Source of the DNA: the human T2T-CHM13v2.0 reference genome, Homo sapiens
NCBI RefSeq assembly: GCF_009914755.1
Contig: NC_060944.1
Strand: one strand, 5' to 3'
Length of the DNA stretch: 64,000 nt
Shown piece by piece: positions 14,406 through 26,330 of this stretch. Below the pieces are notes generated by a model that was given only the letters and a program-made list of their open reading frames with translations, had not been told where the DNA came from and searched no databases. Each line of letters begins with the position of its first letter. Position 1 is the stretch's first letter. The position numbers and the translations under genes are program-made.

Positions 14406-17400
14406 ATGAATAGAATAGTACCTTACATCTCAATACTAATATTGAATATAAATGGCTTAAATGTTCCAAGTAAAAGATACAGAATGGCAGAGTGGATAAG
14501 AATTCACCAATCAAGTTTCTCCTGTCTTCAGGAGACTCACCTAACACATAAGGACTCACATAAACTTAAGGTAAAAGGGTGGAAAAAGATATTCAATTCA
14601 AATGAACACCAAAAGTGAGCAGGAATAGCTATTCTTATATCAGAAAAACAAACTTTAAAGCAACAACAGTTAAAAAAGACAAAGAGGGACATTAGATAAT
14701 GATAAAAGGACTACTTCAACAGGAAAATGTCACAATTCTAAATATATATGCATCTAACAGTGGAGTTCCCAAATTTATAGAACAATTACTACTAGATCTA
14801 AGAAATGAGATTGATGGCAACACAATAATAGTGGGGGACTTTTATACTCCACTGGCAGCACTAGACAGGTCATCAAGACAGAAAGTCAAAAAAGAAACAA
14901 TGGATTTAAATGATACCCTACAACAAATGGACCTAAGAGATATTTACAGAACATTCTACCCAACAACTGCAGAATATACATTCTATTCATCAGCATACAG
15001 AACATTCTCCAAGGTAGACCATATGATAGGCCACAAAACAAGTCTCAGTAAATTTTAAAAAATTGAAATTACATCAAGTACTCTCTCAGATCACAGTGGA
15101 ATAAAATTAGAAATCAACTCCAAAAGGAGCCCTCAAAATAATGCAAATACATGGAAATTAAATGACCTGCTGCTGAATAATTGTTGGGTCAACAATGAAA
15201 TCAAGATGGAAATTTAAAAATTCTTTGAGCTGAACTATAATAATGACACAACCTATCAAAACCTCATGGATACAGCAAAAGCAGTGCTAGGAAGATAGTT
15301 CATAGTATTATATGCCTACATCAAAATGTCTGGAAGAGCAAAAATACACAATCTAAGGTCACACCTCATGGAACTGGAGAAACAAGAACAACCCAAATCC
15401 AAACCCAAAAGAAGAAAAGAAATAACAAAGATCAGAGCAGAACTAAATGAAATTGAAACAAAAAAATTACAAAAGATAAGTGGGACAAAATGCTGGTTCT
15501 TTGAAAAGATTAAAAAATAAAACCTGATAGACCAAAATTGAGATAAACCAAGAAGAGAGAAGATCCAAAGAAGCTCAATTAGAAATGAAACAGGAGATAT
15601 TACAACTGATACCACAGAAATACAAAAGATTATTCAAGGCTACTATGAACACCTTTATACACATGAACTAGAAAACCTAGAGGAGATAGATAAATTCCTG
15701 GAAATATGCAACCATCTAGATTAAATCAGGAAAATGTAGAATCCCTGAACAGACCAATAAGAAGCAGTGAGATTAAAATGGTAATTTAAAAAATTGCCAA
15801 GAAAAAAAAGTCCAGGACCAGATATATTCAGAGCTGAACGCTACCAGACATTCAAAGAAGAATTGGTACCAATCCTATTGACATTATTCCAAAAGACAGA
15901 GAAAGAAGGAATCCTCCCTAAATTATTCTATGAAGCCACTATACCCTGATACCAAAATCAGGAAAAGACACACACAAAATATAAAACTACAGACCAATAT
16001 CCCTGATGAACATAGATGCAAAAATCCTCAAAAAATATTAGCAAACTGAATCCAATAGCATATAAAAAAGATAATCCACTATGATCAAGTGGGTTTCATA
16101 CCAGGGATGCAAGGATGGTTTAACATATATATGTCAATAAATGTAATACACTACATAAACAGAATTAAAAACAACAATCACATAATCATCTCAATAAGTG
16201 CTGAAAAAGCATGTGACAAAGTACAGCATCCCTTTATGATTAAAACCCTCAGCAAAATTGGCATAGGAGGGACATACTTTAAGGTAATAAAAGCTATCTA
16301 TGACAAACCCACAGCCAACATTATGCTGAACAGGGAAAAGTTGAAAGCATTCCCCCTGAGAACTAGAATAAGACAAGGATGCCCACTTTCACAACTTCTA
16401 TTCAACATAGTACTTGAAGTCTGAGCCAGAGCAATCAGACAAGAGAAAGAAATAAAGAGCATCAAAATCAATAAAGAGAAATCAAACTGTTGCTGTTTGC
16501 TGATCATATGATTGTATACCTAGAAAACCCTAAAGATTCATCCAAAAAGCTCCTAGAACTGGTAAATGAATTCAATAAAGTTTCAGGATACAAAATTAAT
16601 GCACACAAATTAGTAGCTCTGCTATACACCAACAGCAACCAAGCTGAGAATCAAATCAAGAACTCAACCCCTTTCACAATAGCTGTAAAACAAACAAACA
16701 AACAAACAAAAGTCAAAATACTTAGGACTATACCTAACCAATGACCTAAAATACCTCTACAAGGAAAACTACAAAACACTGCTAAAAAAAAAATCATAGA
16801 CAACACAAACAAGTGGAAACATATCCCATGCTCATGGATAGGTAGAATCAATATTGTGGAAATGACTGTACTGCCAAAAGCAATCTATAAATTCAATGCA
16901 ATTCCCACCAAAATACCACCATCATTCTTCACAGAACTAGAGAAAAACTATCCTAAAATTCATAAATTTTGTGAATTTATTTATGAATTTACAAATCAAA
17001 AAAAGAGCCTGCATACCAAAAGCAAGACTAAGCAAAAAGAACAAATCTAGTGGCATCACATTACCCAATTTCAAACTATACTATAAAGCCATAGTCACCA
17101 AAACAGTATGGTACTGGTATAAAAAATAGGCACATAGATCAATGGAACAGAAAAGAGAACCCAGAAATAAAGCCAAATGCTTACAGCCAACTGATATTTG
17201 AAACAAAGCAACCAAAAACATAAAGTGGGGAAAGGACACCCTATTCAACAAGTGGTGCTGGGATAATTGGCAAGCAACATGTAGAAGATGAAACTGGATC
17301 CTCATCTCTCACCTCACACAAAAATCAACTCAAGATGGATCAAAGACTTAAATGTAAGACCTGAAACCATAAAGATTCTAGAATATAACATCTGGAAACC

Positions 17401-18251
17401 CTTCTACTCATTGGCTTAGGCAAAGACTTCATGACCAAAAATCCAAAAGCAAATGCAGTAAAAAAACAAAAATAAATAGTTGGGACTTAATTAAACTAAA
17501 AAGCTCCTGCACAGCAAAAGAAATAATTAGTGGAGTAAACAAACAACCCACAGAGTGGGAGAAAATCTTCACAATCTGTACATCTGACAGAGGACTAATA
17601 TCCAGAATCTACAAAGAACTCAAACAAATAAGCAAGGAAAAAACAAATAATCCCATCAAAAAGTGGGCTAAGGACATGAATAGAAAATTCTCAAAAGAAG
17701 ATATGCAAATGGCCAACAAACATATGGAAGAATGCTCAACATCACTAATTATCAGGGAAATGCAAATTGAAACCACAATGTGATACCACCTCACTCCTGC
17801 AAGAATGGCCTTCATAAAAAAATAATAGACGTTGGCATGGATGTGGTGAAAAGAGAACACTTTTACACCGTTAGTAGGAATGTAAACCAGTACAACCACT
17901 ATAGAAAACAGTGTGGAGGTTCCTTAAATAACTAAAAGTAGATCTACTCTTTGATCCAGCAATCCCACTGCTGGGTATCTACCCAGAGGAAAAATAGTCA
18001 CTATACAAAAATGATACTTGCACATGCATGTTTATAGCAGCACAATTTGCAATTGCAAAAACATGGAATCAGCCCAAATGCCCATCAATCAATGAATGAA
18101 TAAAGAAAATGTGGTATATGTATACCATGGAATACTACTCAGCCATAAAAAGGAACATTTGCAGCAACCTGGATAGAATTAGATTCTAAGTGAAGTATCT
18201 CAGGAGTGGAAAACCAAACATCATATGTTCTCATTCATATGTGGGAGCTAA
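14406..18251 (+). pseudogene. L1 ORF2p (endonuclease/RT) relic
   Basis: ILILNINGLN, CLQETHL, LNIYA, IIVGDF (EN domain); [28 protein letters not shown] (RT domain, FADD mutated to FADH). Many stops. Confidence 0.9.
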
Positions 18252-18482
18252 GCTGTGAGGACACAAAGGCATAAGAATAACACATTGGATTTTGGGGATT
18301 TGGGAGAAAGGGTTGGGGATGGTGAGGAATAGAGGACTACACATTGCATACAGTGTACACTGCTTGGGTGATGGGTGAACCAAAATCTCAGAAATCACCA
18401 CTGAATAACTTATTTATGTAATCAAACACCACTTGTTTCCCCAAAACCTATTGAAATTAAAAAATAAAAAATAAACCTCTCA

Positions 18483-19070
18483 TTCATTGCTAGTGGATAT
18501 GCAAAATGTTACAGCTACTTTAAAGACAGTTTGTCAGTTTCTTACAAAGCTAAACATAGTCTTACCATAAAATTTTGAAATTATGCTACTTAGTATTTAC
18601 CCCAATGAGCTGAAAACTTGTGTCCACACAAAAACCTGCATATGAATGATGACGGCAGCTTTTTGCATAATTGCCCTAAATTGGAAGCAACACAGATGTC
18701 CTTCAATAGGTGTATGGATAAACAAACTAGTACACCCATAGAATGGATTATTATTCAAGCCATGAAAAATGATGGAGAAACTTTTAATACGTTGACTAAG
18801 TGAAAGAAGCCAGTTTGAAAAGACCATACGATTCCAACTATATGATGATTTGAAAAAGACAAAACTATGGAGACACAGTGATTTTCAGAGTTTCAGGGAG
18901 AGAGAAAAGGGATAAATACGTAAAGCACAGGGAATTATTAGGGCAGAGAAACTATTCTGTATGGTAATGTAATGGCAGATACATTACAGTGACATTATCC
19001 ATTTGTTCAAACCCATAGAATATTACAGCACAGAGAATGAACCTTAATGTATACAAATTAAAAAAAAAAA
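18483..19070 (+). mobile_element. Old L1M 3' end, right part of host element
   Basis: Continues the L1M consensus (TTCATTGCTAGTGGATATGCAAAATG) exactly where 12249 stopped. Ends in an A-tail. Confidence 0.85.
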
Positions 19071-19850
19071 CCATTTGGGTATCGAAGTCTCTCTCGATTC
19101 CCTTGGTGGAGTGTTTGGCCTGCTCAGGGCATTCTCTAGATGGTTCTTAGGGCAGCTGCCTCTGCTTTGGCCCACCCAGACTTACTGAGTCTGTCATTGA
19201 GCATCATCTTGCTGCCTGGGGTCATTAACAGTTCAGCTTTAGCTATATTTTCTAGTCCAGTTATCCATTCTGGGGTAGCTGGGCACATTTCTGGATTCTA
19301 GTATGTAAGGCATCTCATATTGAGTGGGATGGAGAGGGTGCAGAGAAGTATCACTGGGTTGTGTGAAGGTAGGAACTGGAGCTGGAAAGCCACTGGGATT
19401 GTGACTTTTATTACACCAATAGCCCAGTGAGAAGACATACAGGTATATCAATGTAGACATGCTGAGAGCACCCAGTCAGTGAACTCTTGCCTATTGTACT
19501 GTACATGTGAAGTGTGATGGAAACCTGGTACTGTGGCCATCAATCATATAGCTGCTAGTAACTGAAGGTGGAAGGCCTTAATACATGTGTTGCCTGCAAT
19601 AAGTGTCTTTAGCACAAACTTAATCTCCCCTGCAGTTCTGGCATATGTGTGGAAAAGGAGTTTGGTGGTTGTGGGGGCACAAATCTCTCTCCTAGGACAG
19701 AGGAGGAGGAGTACAGACGTTCATCAGACAATCAAGGCAAGACTCAAGGAGTGAATAGGAAAAAAGTACTTAAGGAAGTTTTACAAGCTGTGTTTGTTAA
19801 ATATTTGTGAATCAGGGTCTTTTGGGAATTAGAAAGAGAGCCAATCAAGG

Positions 19851-22125
19851 TGATATGGTTTTGCTGTGTCCCCACCTAAATCTCATCTTAAATTGTAGAT
19901 CCTATAATTCCCATGTGTTGTGGGAGGGACCATAGGGAGAATTGAATCATGGGGGCAGTTTCCCCATACTGTTCTTGTGGTAGTGAATAAGTCTCAGGAG
20001 ATATGATGGTTTGATAAGGGGAAACCCCTTTTGCTTGGTTCTGATTCTGTCTCTTGCCTGCCATCATGTAAGAACTGTGAGTCTACTAAGCCACGTGGAA
20101 CTGTGAGTCCATTAAACCTCTATTGCTTTATAAATTACCCAGTCTTGGATATGTCTTTATCAGCAGTGTGAAAACGGAAATTGGTATCAGATAGTAGGGT
20201 GCTGCTTTAAAGATACAAAAAAATGTGGAAGTGACTTTGGAACTGGGTAACAGGCAGAGGTTGGAACAGTTTGGAAGACTTAGAAGAAGTCAGGAAAATG
20301 TGGGAAAGTTTGGAACTTCCTAGAGACTTGTTGAGTGGCTTTGACCAAAATGCTGATAGTGATATGGACAATAAAATCCAGGCTGAGGTGGTCTCAGATG
20401 GAGATGAGGAGCTTGTGGACTGGAGCAAAGGTGACTCTTGCTGTGTTTCAGCAAAGAGACTGGTGGCATTTTCCCCTGCCCTAAAGATTTGTGGAACTTT
20501 GAACTTTAGGGAGATGATTTAGGGTGTCTGGTGGAAGAAATTTCTAAACAGCAAAGCATTCAGGAGGTGATTTGGGTACTGTTAAGAGCATTCAGTTTTA
20601 AAAGGGACACAGAGCATAAAAGTTTAGAAATTTTGCAGCCTGATGATGTGATAGAAAAGAAAAACCCATTTTCTGAGGAGAAATTCAAACCTGCTGCAGA
20701 AATTTGCATAACTAACAAGGAGCCAAATGTTAATTCCCAAGACAATGGGGAAAATGTCTCCAGCGCATGTCAGAGACCTGCAAAGCAGCCCCTCCCATCA
20801 CAGGCCTGGAGGCCTAGGAGGAAAAAATGGTTTCATGGGCCTGGCCCACCCACCAGTGTTCCCCTGCTGCATGCAGCCTAGGGATTCGGTGCCCCGCATA
20901 CCAGCCACTCCCGCCATGGCTAAAAGGGGCCAAGGTATAGCTTGAGTCATGGCTTCAGAGGGTGTAAACCCCAAGCTTTGGCAGCTTCCACATGGTGTTG
21001 GGCCTGTGGGTGCACAGAAGTCAAGAACTGAGGTTTAGGAACCACTACCTAGATTATAGAAAATGTATGAAAATGACTGGATGTCCAAACAGAAGTTTTC
21101 TGCAGGGGTGGGGCCCTTGTGGGGAAACTCTGCTAGGGCAGTGTGGAAGGCAAATGTGGTGTTGAAGCCTCCACATGGAGTCCCCACTGGGGCATTGCCT
21201 ACCAGAGCTGTGAGAAGAGGACCACCATCCTCCAGACCCCAGAATGATAGATCCACTGACAGCATGCACTGTGTGCCTGGAAAATCCACAGACACTTGAC
21301 ACCAGCCCTTGAAAGCAGCCAGGAGGGAGGCTGTACCCTCCAAAGCCACAGGGGTGGAGCTACATGAGGCCATGGGAGCCCACTTCTTGCATCAGCATGA
21401 CCTGGATGTGAGATCTGGAGCCAAAAGAGATCATTTTGGAGCTTTAAGATTTGATGGATTTCAGACTTGCATGGAGCCTGTAGTCTCTTCGTTTTGGCCA
21501 ATTTCTCCCATTTGGAATGAGTGTATTTATCAAATGCCTGTACCCTCATTGTATCTAGGAAGTAACTAACTTGCTTTTGATTTATAGGCTGATAGGCAGA
21601 AGGGACTTGCCTTGTCTCAGATGAGACTTTGGACTGTGGACTTCTGAGTTAATGCTGAAATGAGTTAAAACTTTGGGGGGCGGTTGGCAAGGTATGATTG
21701 GTTTTGAAATGTGAAAACATGAGATTTGGGAGGGGCCAGGGGTAGAATGATATGGTTTGGCTCTGTCCCCACCCAAATCTCATCTTGAATTATAGTTCCC
21801 ATAATTCCCATGTGTTATGGGAGGGACTCAGTGGGAGTTAATTAAATCGTGGGGCAGTTTTCCTCATACTATTCTCATGGTAGTGAATAAGTCTCAGGAG
21901 ATCTGATGGTTTGATAAGGGGAAACCCCTTTTGCTTGGTTCTTTCTTGCCTGCCACCTTGGTTCTCTCTTGCCTGCCGCCATGTAAGACATGCCTTTTGC
22001 CTTCCGCCATAATTGTGAGGCCTCCCCAGCCACGTGGAACTGTGAATCTATTAAATTTCTTTTTCTTTATAAATTACCCAGTCTTGGGTATGTCTTTATC
22101 AGCAGTGTGAAAATAGACTAATACA
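19851..22125 (+). mobile_element. Complete THE1C-like MaLR element (5'LTR 19851-~20177, internal ~20178-21747, 3'LTR 21748-22125)
   Basis: Two TGATATGG...-type LTRs and a polypurine tract GGGAGGGGCCAGGGGTAGAA before the 3'LTR. Internal ORFs MWESLELPRDLL.GFDQNADSDMDN and EEISKQQSIQEV are typical of THE1-int. TSD CAAGG/CAAGC. Confidence 0.95.
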
Positions 22126-22226
22126 CAAGCTATCTTAAGAACTGGAGAGCATGCCTCTCATAGTTGCTGGGTATTCATCCACTAACTGATGGACTAGCTC
22201 AGGGAGTGGATATCCACCCACTAACT

Positions 22227-22543
22227 TAGGAGTCCCCAAACCCCAGGGCATAGACTAGTATCAGTTTGTGGCCTGTTAGGAAGTGGGCCACAGTGCAGGA
22301 GGTGAGCAGCAGGTGAGTGAGCATTACTGCCTGAACTCCACCTCCTGTCAGATCAGTAGTAACATTAGATTCTCATAGGATTGCAAACCCTATTGTGAAC
22401 TGCGCAAGCAAGGGATTTAGGTTGTGCACTCCTTATGAGAATCTAACTAAACTCTGACCATCCCCCTTCCCCCACCCCTGGTGTGTGGAAAAATTATATT
22501 ATATGAAACTGGTCTCTGGTGTCCAAAAGGTTGGAGATTGCAG
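22227..22543 (+). mobile_element. MER1B-like non-autonomous Charlie3 derivative
   Basis: Shares both ends with the Charlie3 at 37535 (GTGGCCTGTTAGGAA...CTCCTTATGAGAATCTAA; GGTCTCTGGTG..AAAAGGTTGG). 8-bp TSD CACTAACT/CACTAGCT. Confidence 0.9.
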
Positions 22544-22612
22544 CACTAGCTCATATCCCTCACTGAGTAAGGCTCTCAGCTGGGATATCAGCTCCAACAC
22601 TTCCTGCTTGCT

Positions 22613-22957
22613 TGCTATGGTCTGATTTCACGTGTTCCCCCCAAATTCATGTGTTGGAAGTTTTTTCCTCAATGCAACAGTGTTGGAAGGTGGGGCCAAA
22701 TGGGAGGTGTTCAAGTCATGAGGGTTCTGCCCTCACGGATAGATTAATGCCTCTACAGAAAGGGCTTGCTGGAGTGGATTTGCTCTCTTCTGCTCTTCTG
22801 CCATGTGAGGATGCAGCAAGAAGGCCCTCACCAGATGCCAGAAACTTGATCTTGGAAACTTTCCAGCCTCTGGAACTGTGAGGAAATAAATTCCTGTTCT
22901 TTATAAATTGCCCAGTCTGTGGTATTTTGTTATAGCAGTACAAAACAGACTAAGACA
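22613..22957 (+). mobile_element. MST (MSTD-like) MaLR solo LTR
   Basis: TGCTATGGTCTGA...CAGACTAAGACA. TSD TTGCT/CTGCT. Confidence 0.85.
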
Positions 22958-23897
22958 CTGCTTAAGCCCAGCCTGTTCCTGTGACTAGAGAGAGCTCTCA
23001 GGCTGGTAACCCTGAAGCCTTCCCTGAGTGCAGGTTACCTGCAGGCAGGCTGAGGGGCACGGGTGGCACCAACAGTAGCCACCACTTTAGAATTTTTGTC
23101 TTGAGCTGAGTGAGAAGAGCAGGGAAAGTGAGTTGAGCTGAATCGTTCCTGGGGCAGGTCTGCAAGCAGATTGTCCAAGGCTCCTTATTGAGGCCTTTGT
23201 TGTTGAGCCATTCCTTCGTGTTAGTGAGGTCTCCATGCCTCTTCTAAAAACATACTTACTTTTCCCCCTAAATTACTTAAAATTAGTTTGTTCCTTTACA
23301 CTTTCAGAGTGAACTGACACACTATTCTAGCCAACTCTAGCTCAGGAGGGATGAGACAGAAGAGTTGGGAAGATCTTTTCCTCTTCCACCTCTTTCTGTG
23401 GTTTCTCACCTCACTGATTCTGCAGCCCCTAGAATGCTGCACGGCTGGTACTTAGCTGAAGGAGGTCACATCCTGGTGAAAGGGAAGAGATCCTTTAAGG
23501 GGATATGCCATGTGGCACCATGTTGCTGGTTCCCAAGCATTGGATGGGCTTGCTCACTCCCTTGGATATTCTGACACAGAGCTTCAGACATGGCAGGGCC
23601 AGGGTCTCTGGGATTTTCCAAAAGAACTTTGAGATTTAATAAAATACCTCTTTTAAAGTTGTTTTTAATGGAGCTCTTATGATGGATTTTGTGCAGAACT
23701 AGAAAAACAGGAGTTAGTCAGTCTCACAGAGCTGAATTAGGAAGTACCTGAGATAAAAATGTGAAGTGGGGAGAAATTTGTGTCCATAGCATCCTTTTTT
23801 CTCTTTTCATGTGAGCAGTTGGACTAGGTGACATCTCAGGTGTTGATTTTCAAAAGCTGGTTCATAGAGGGATGTCTGTCCATGATGACAATACCAT

Positions 23898-24250
23898 TAT
23901 CTTAGTTCGGGCTGCTATAACAAAAATACCATAGACTAGGTGGCTTAAACAAAAGAAATTTATTTCTTGCACTTCTGGAGGCTAGAAGTCTGAGCTCAGG
24001 GTGCCAGCATGGTTGGATTCTGGACAGGGCTCTCTTCCTGGTTTGCAGGTGGCTGTGTTCTCATATGAAAGAGAAAGAGAGGAAGCAAGCTCTTTCCATT
24101 CTGTTCTCACAAGGGCACTAATCTCATCACAAAGGCTTGACCCTCATGATCTAGCTACTGCCCAAAGGTCCCATCTCCAAATACCATCACATTGAGCATT
24201 AGGGTTTCCTACATATGAATTTGAAGAGGGACACAAACATTCAATCCATG
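23898..24250 (-). mobile_element. MLT1A-type MaLR solo LTR
   Basis: TCTTAGTTCGGGCTGCTATAACAAAAATACCATAGACT...GGACACAAACATTCAATCCATG. Confidence 0.85.
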
Positions 24251-24849
24251 GGACTGGTCCTTTATAATGAGAATAAAAAGGAGGATGCACTGAGTCTTAC
24301 ATAAAACAAAATATATTCAATTATTTTTAATGGAATAATTACCTTAATAACTATTTTGTAAAAAATTAGTTTGCAACTCTAAGCTATTTTTACAATTTTT
24401 TTTTAATTTACTGATAACATCAATCACTCAAATTAGGATGACTTGAGGACGGTTTAATAAAGAGACTATTTACAAAGACATGCTAGGGGTGGGAAAAGCC
24501 ACAAGAGATAGTACATTACCCTGGGACTAGAAAGCTGGGCCCTGTTATCAACACTTGGCCTGAGTGGTAAAGGGAAGAGAAGTTTCTGGAAATTGAAAGG
24601 AGAGAGTCTTGTGGAGATGGCCACCCTAAGGGAAGCCCTTGATTATCCATAGAAAGACATCACCAGCCTGCGGAGACCTTGCAGGGAGGGAGCCTAGGAG
24701 TAATTACTCCAACACCTGCCTCTCCTTCCCTCTAAGCTGTTGCTGAGTAGCCTTGCTGGCCAAACACAGCAAGAAGACAGAGGCCAAGGGAACTGTTGGA
24801 TGTGGTCCACAAAGGTTGACCTCCTGGGGCAAAGATCATGGAAGAGAAG

Positions 24850-25280
24850 TGGTATGGACTGACTGTGTCACCACAAAATTCGTATGTTGAGATCCTCAAC
24901 CCCAATGCGATGGCATTAGAAGACTGGGCCTTTAGGAAGTAATTAGGTCATGAGGGTGGAGCTGTTAGAAATGGGATTAGAGCCCTTGTAAAAGGGACCC
25001 CACAGGCCAGGCATGGTGGCTCACACCTGTAATCCCAGCACTTTGGGAGGCCGAGGCAGGCAGATCACAAGGTCAAGAGACAGAGACCATCCTGGCCAAC
25101 ATGGCGAAACCCCGTCTCTACTAAAAATACAAAAATTAACTGGGCATGGTGGTGCACACCTGTAGTCCCAGCTACTTGGGAGGCTGACATGAGAATTGCT
25201 TGAACCTGGGAGGGGGAGGTTGTAGTGAGCCAAAAATCATGCCATTTCACTGAAGCCTGGTGACAGAGTGAGACTCATCT

Positions 25281-25320
<40 letters not shown>

Positions 25321-25528
25321 ACCCCAGAGAGCTGTCTCACCCTCTTTCTGCCGTGTGCAAACAACAAGAAGTTGCCATCTATGAACCAGGAAGAGGGCCT
25401 TTGCCAGACACCGAATCTGCCAATGCCTTGATCTCGTACTTCTCAGCCTCCAGAACTGAGAAATAAATGTTTGTTGTTTAAGCCACCTAAACTATGGCAT
25501 TTTTGTTGTTGCAGCAGCAACTAAGAAA
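24850..25528 (+). mobile_element. MLT1A-type LTR split by an AluSc
   Basis: TATGGACTGACTGTGTC..AAATTCGTATGTTGA on the left and CAGCCTCCAGAACTG.GAAATAAATG...AACTAAGA on the right. Confidence 0.85.
25005..25313 (+). mobile_element. AluSc-like SINE with long pure poly(A)
   Basis: GATCACAAGGTCAAGAGA is the AluSc diagnostic. TSD AAAAGGGACCCCA(C/G)A 24990-25004 / 25314-25328. Confidence 0.92.
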
Positions 25529-25549
25529 AGAAAGGTCTAGAAGGCATCA

Positions 25550-26330
25550 AACAGAAGGCATCTGCAGAGTCCATTCTTTTGCCTCTCAACATCCCTTCTC
25601 CTCATCTGGGAAAAAATTCACAGAATATACAAAGTCCCATCAGAAACTACATCATTATGAGATAATATCAATGAGGTTACACTCCCAGGAGAAATCTGAA
25701 ATGTTAGCCACTACTGGTGTCTCAATTTCCAATTCAGTAGAAACAATACTGCATTTCTAGAATAATCATTCTTCCTTTGAGTGTTTCTAAATCTGCCCAA
25801 GAACATGGTAACAGGAAGCAAAAGTTCTTCAAGTAGGATAGTAGAAGTAACAGTAAGAGGGACCATTCTTGGACTTTTGCTTGCTGGCTATAGCAGAGAG
25901 AACACTACATTTGGATGCTGGCTGAAAGCATGTTGTTTAGGGCAACACCCCAATTGCATAAAGGGTTGGCTCCCAGCTGGTGCCATTCCTGAGTCTTCAG
26001 CAGGTCATTCCAGCACACATCAAGCCAGCCTCTGGGTGATGGGATGCATGGAAAGACTAGTGAATTCGATGTGTGTGGGCCCGTTGCCGCAGCCTCTTTG
26101 CAGTAAAATGTTTCCTGAGCAGAAGCAACATTGTGTGGGAAACCATGGCAATGGATTGTGCGTTTTCTAAGTCCAAGAACAGTAGCTCTGGCAGACGCGC
26201 TGCTGGCAGGGAGGATACATCCCTAACTGCAATATGTGTGTGTCCCTGTGAGGACAAAGTGCTGTTCCTGCCATGATGGAGGGGGCCAATGTATTCAATT
26301 TGTCACCAGACAGCTGACTGCTGCCATATT
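25550..26330 (-). mobile_element. ERVL internal fragment with integrase core relic; probable associated LTR at ~24410-24849
   Basis: Across frameshifts, the minus strand of 25990-26320 reads QIEYIGP.PSWQEQHFVLTGTHTY...CHGFPHNVASAQ..HFTAKRLRQRAHTHRIH..FH..HHPEA, resembling HERV-L/ERVL integrase. Confidence 0.8.

Larger units (their letters stand above)
12250..18472 (+). mobile_element. Full-length L1PB (L1PB1/2-like) LINE-1, about 6.2 kb, inactivated
   Basis: L1PB-type 5' UTR (AAGATGGCAGATAGGAGGCAGGACTAGC), ORF1 and ORF2 relics, L1PB-type 3' UTR (AAATCTCAGAAATCACCACT...) and A-tail. TSD AAAACTCTCA 12240-12249 / AAACCTCTCA 18473-18482. Confidence 0.93.
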
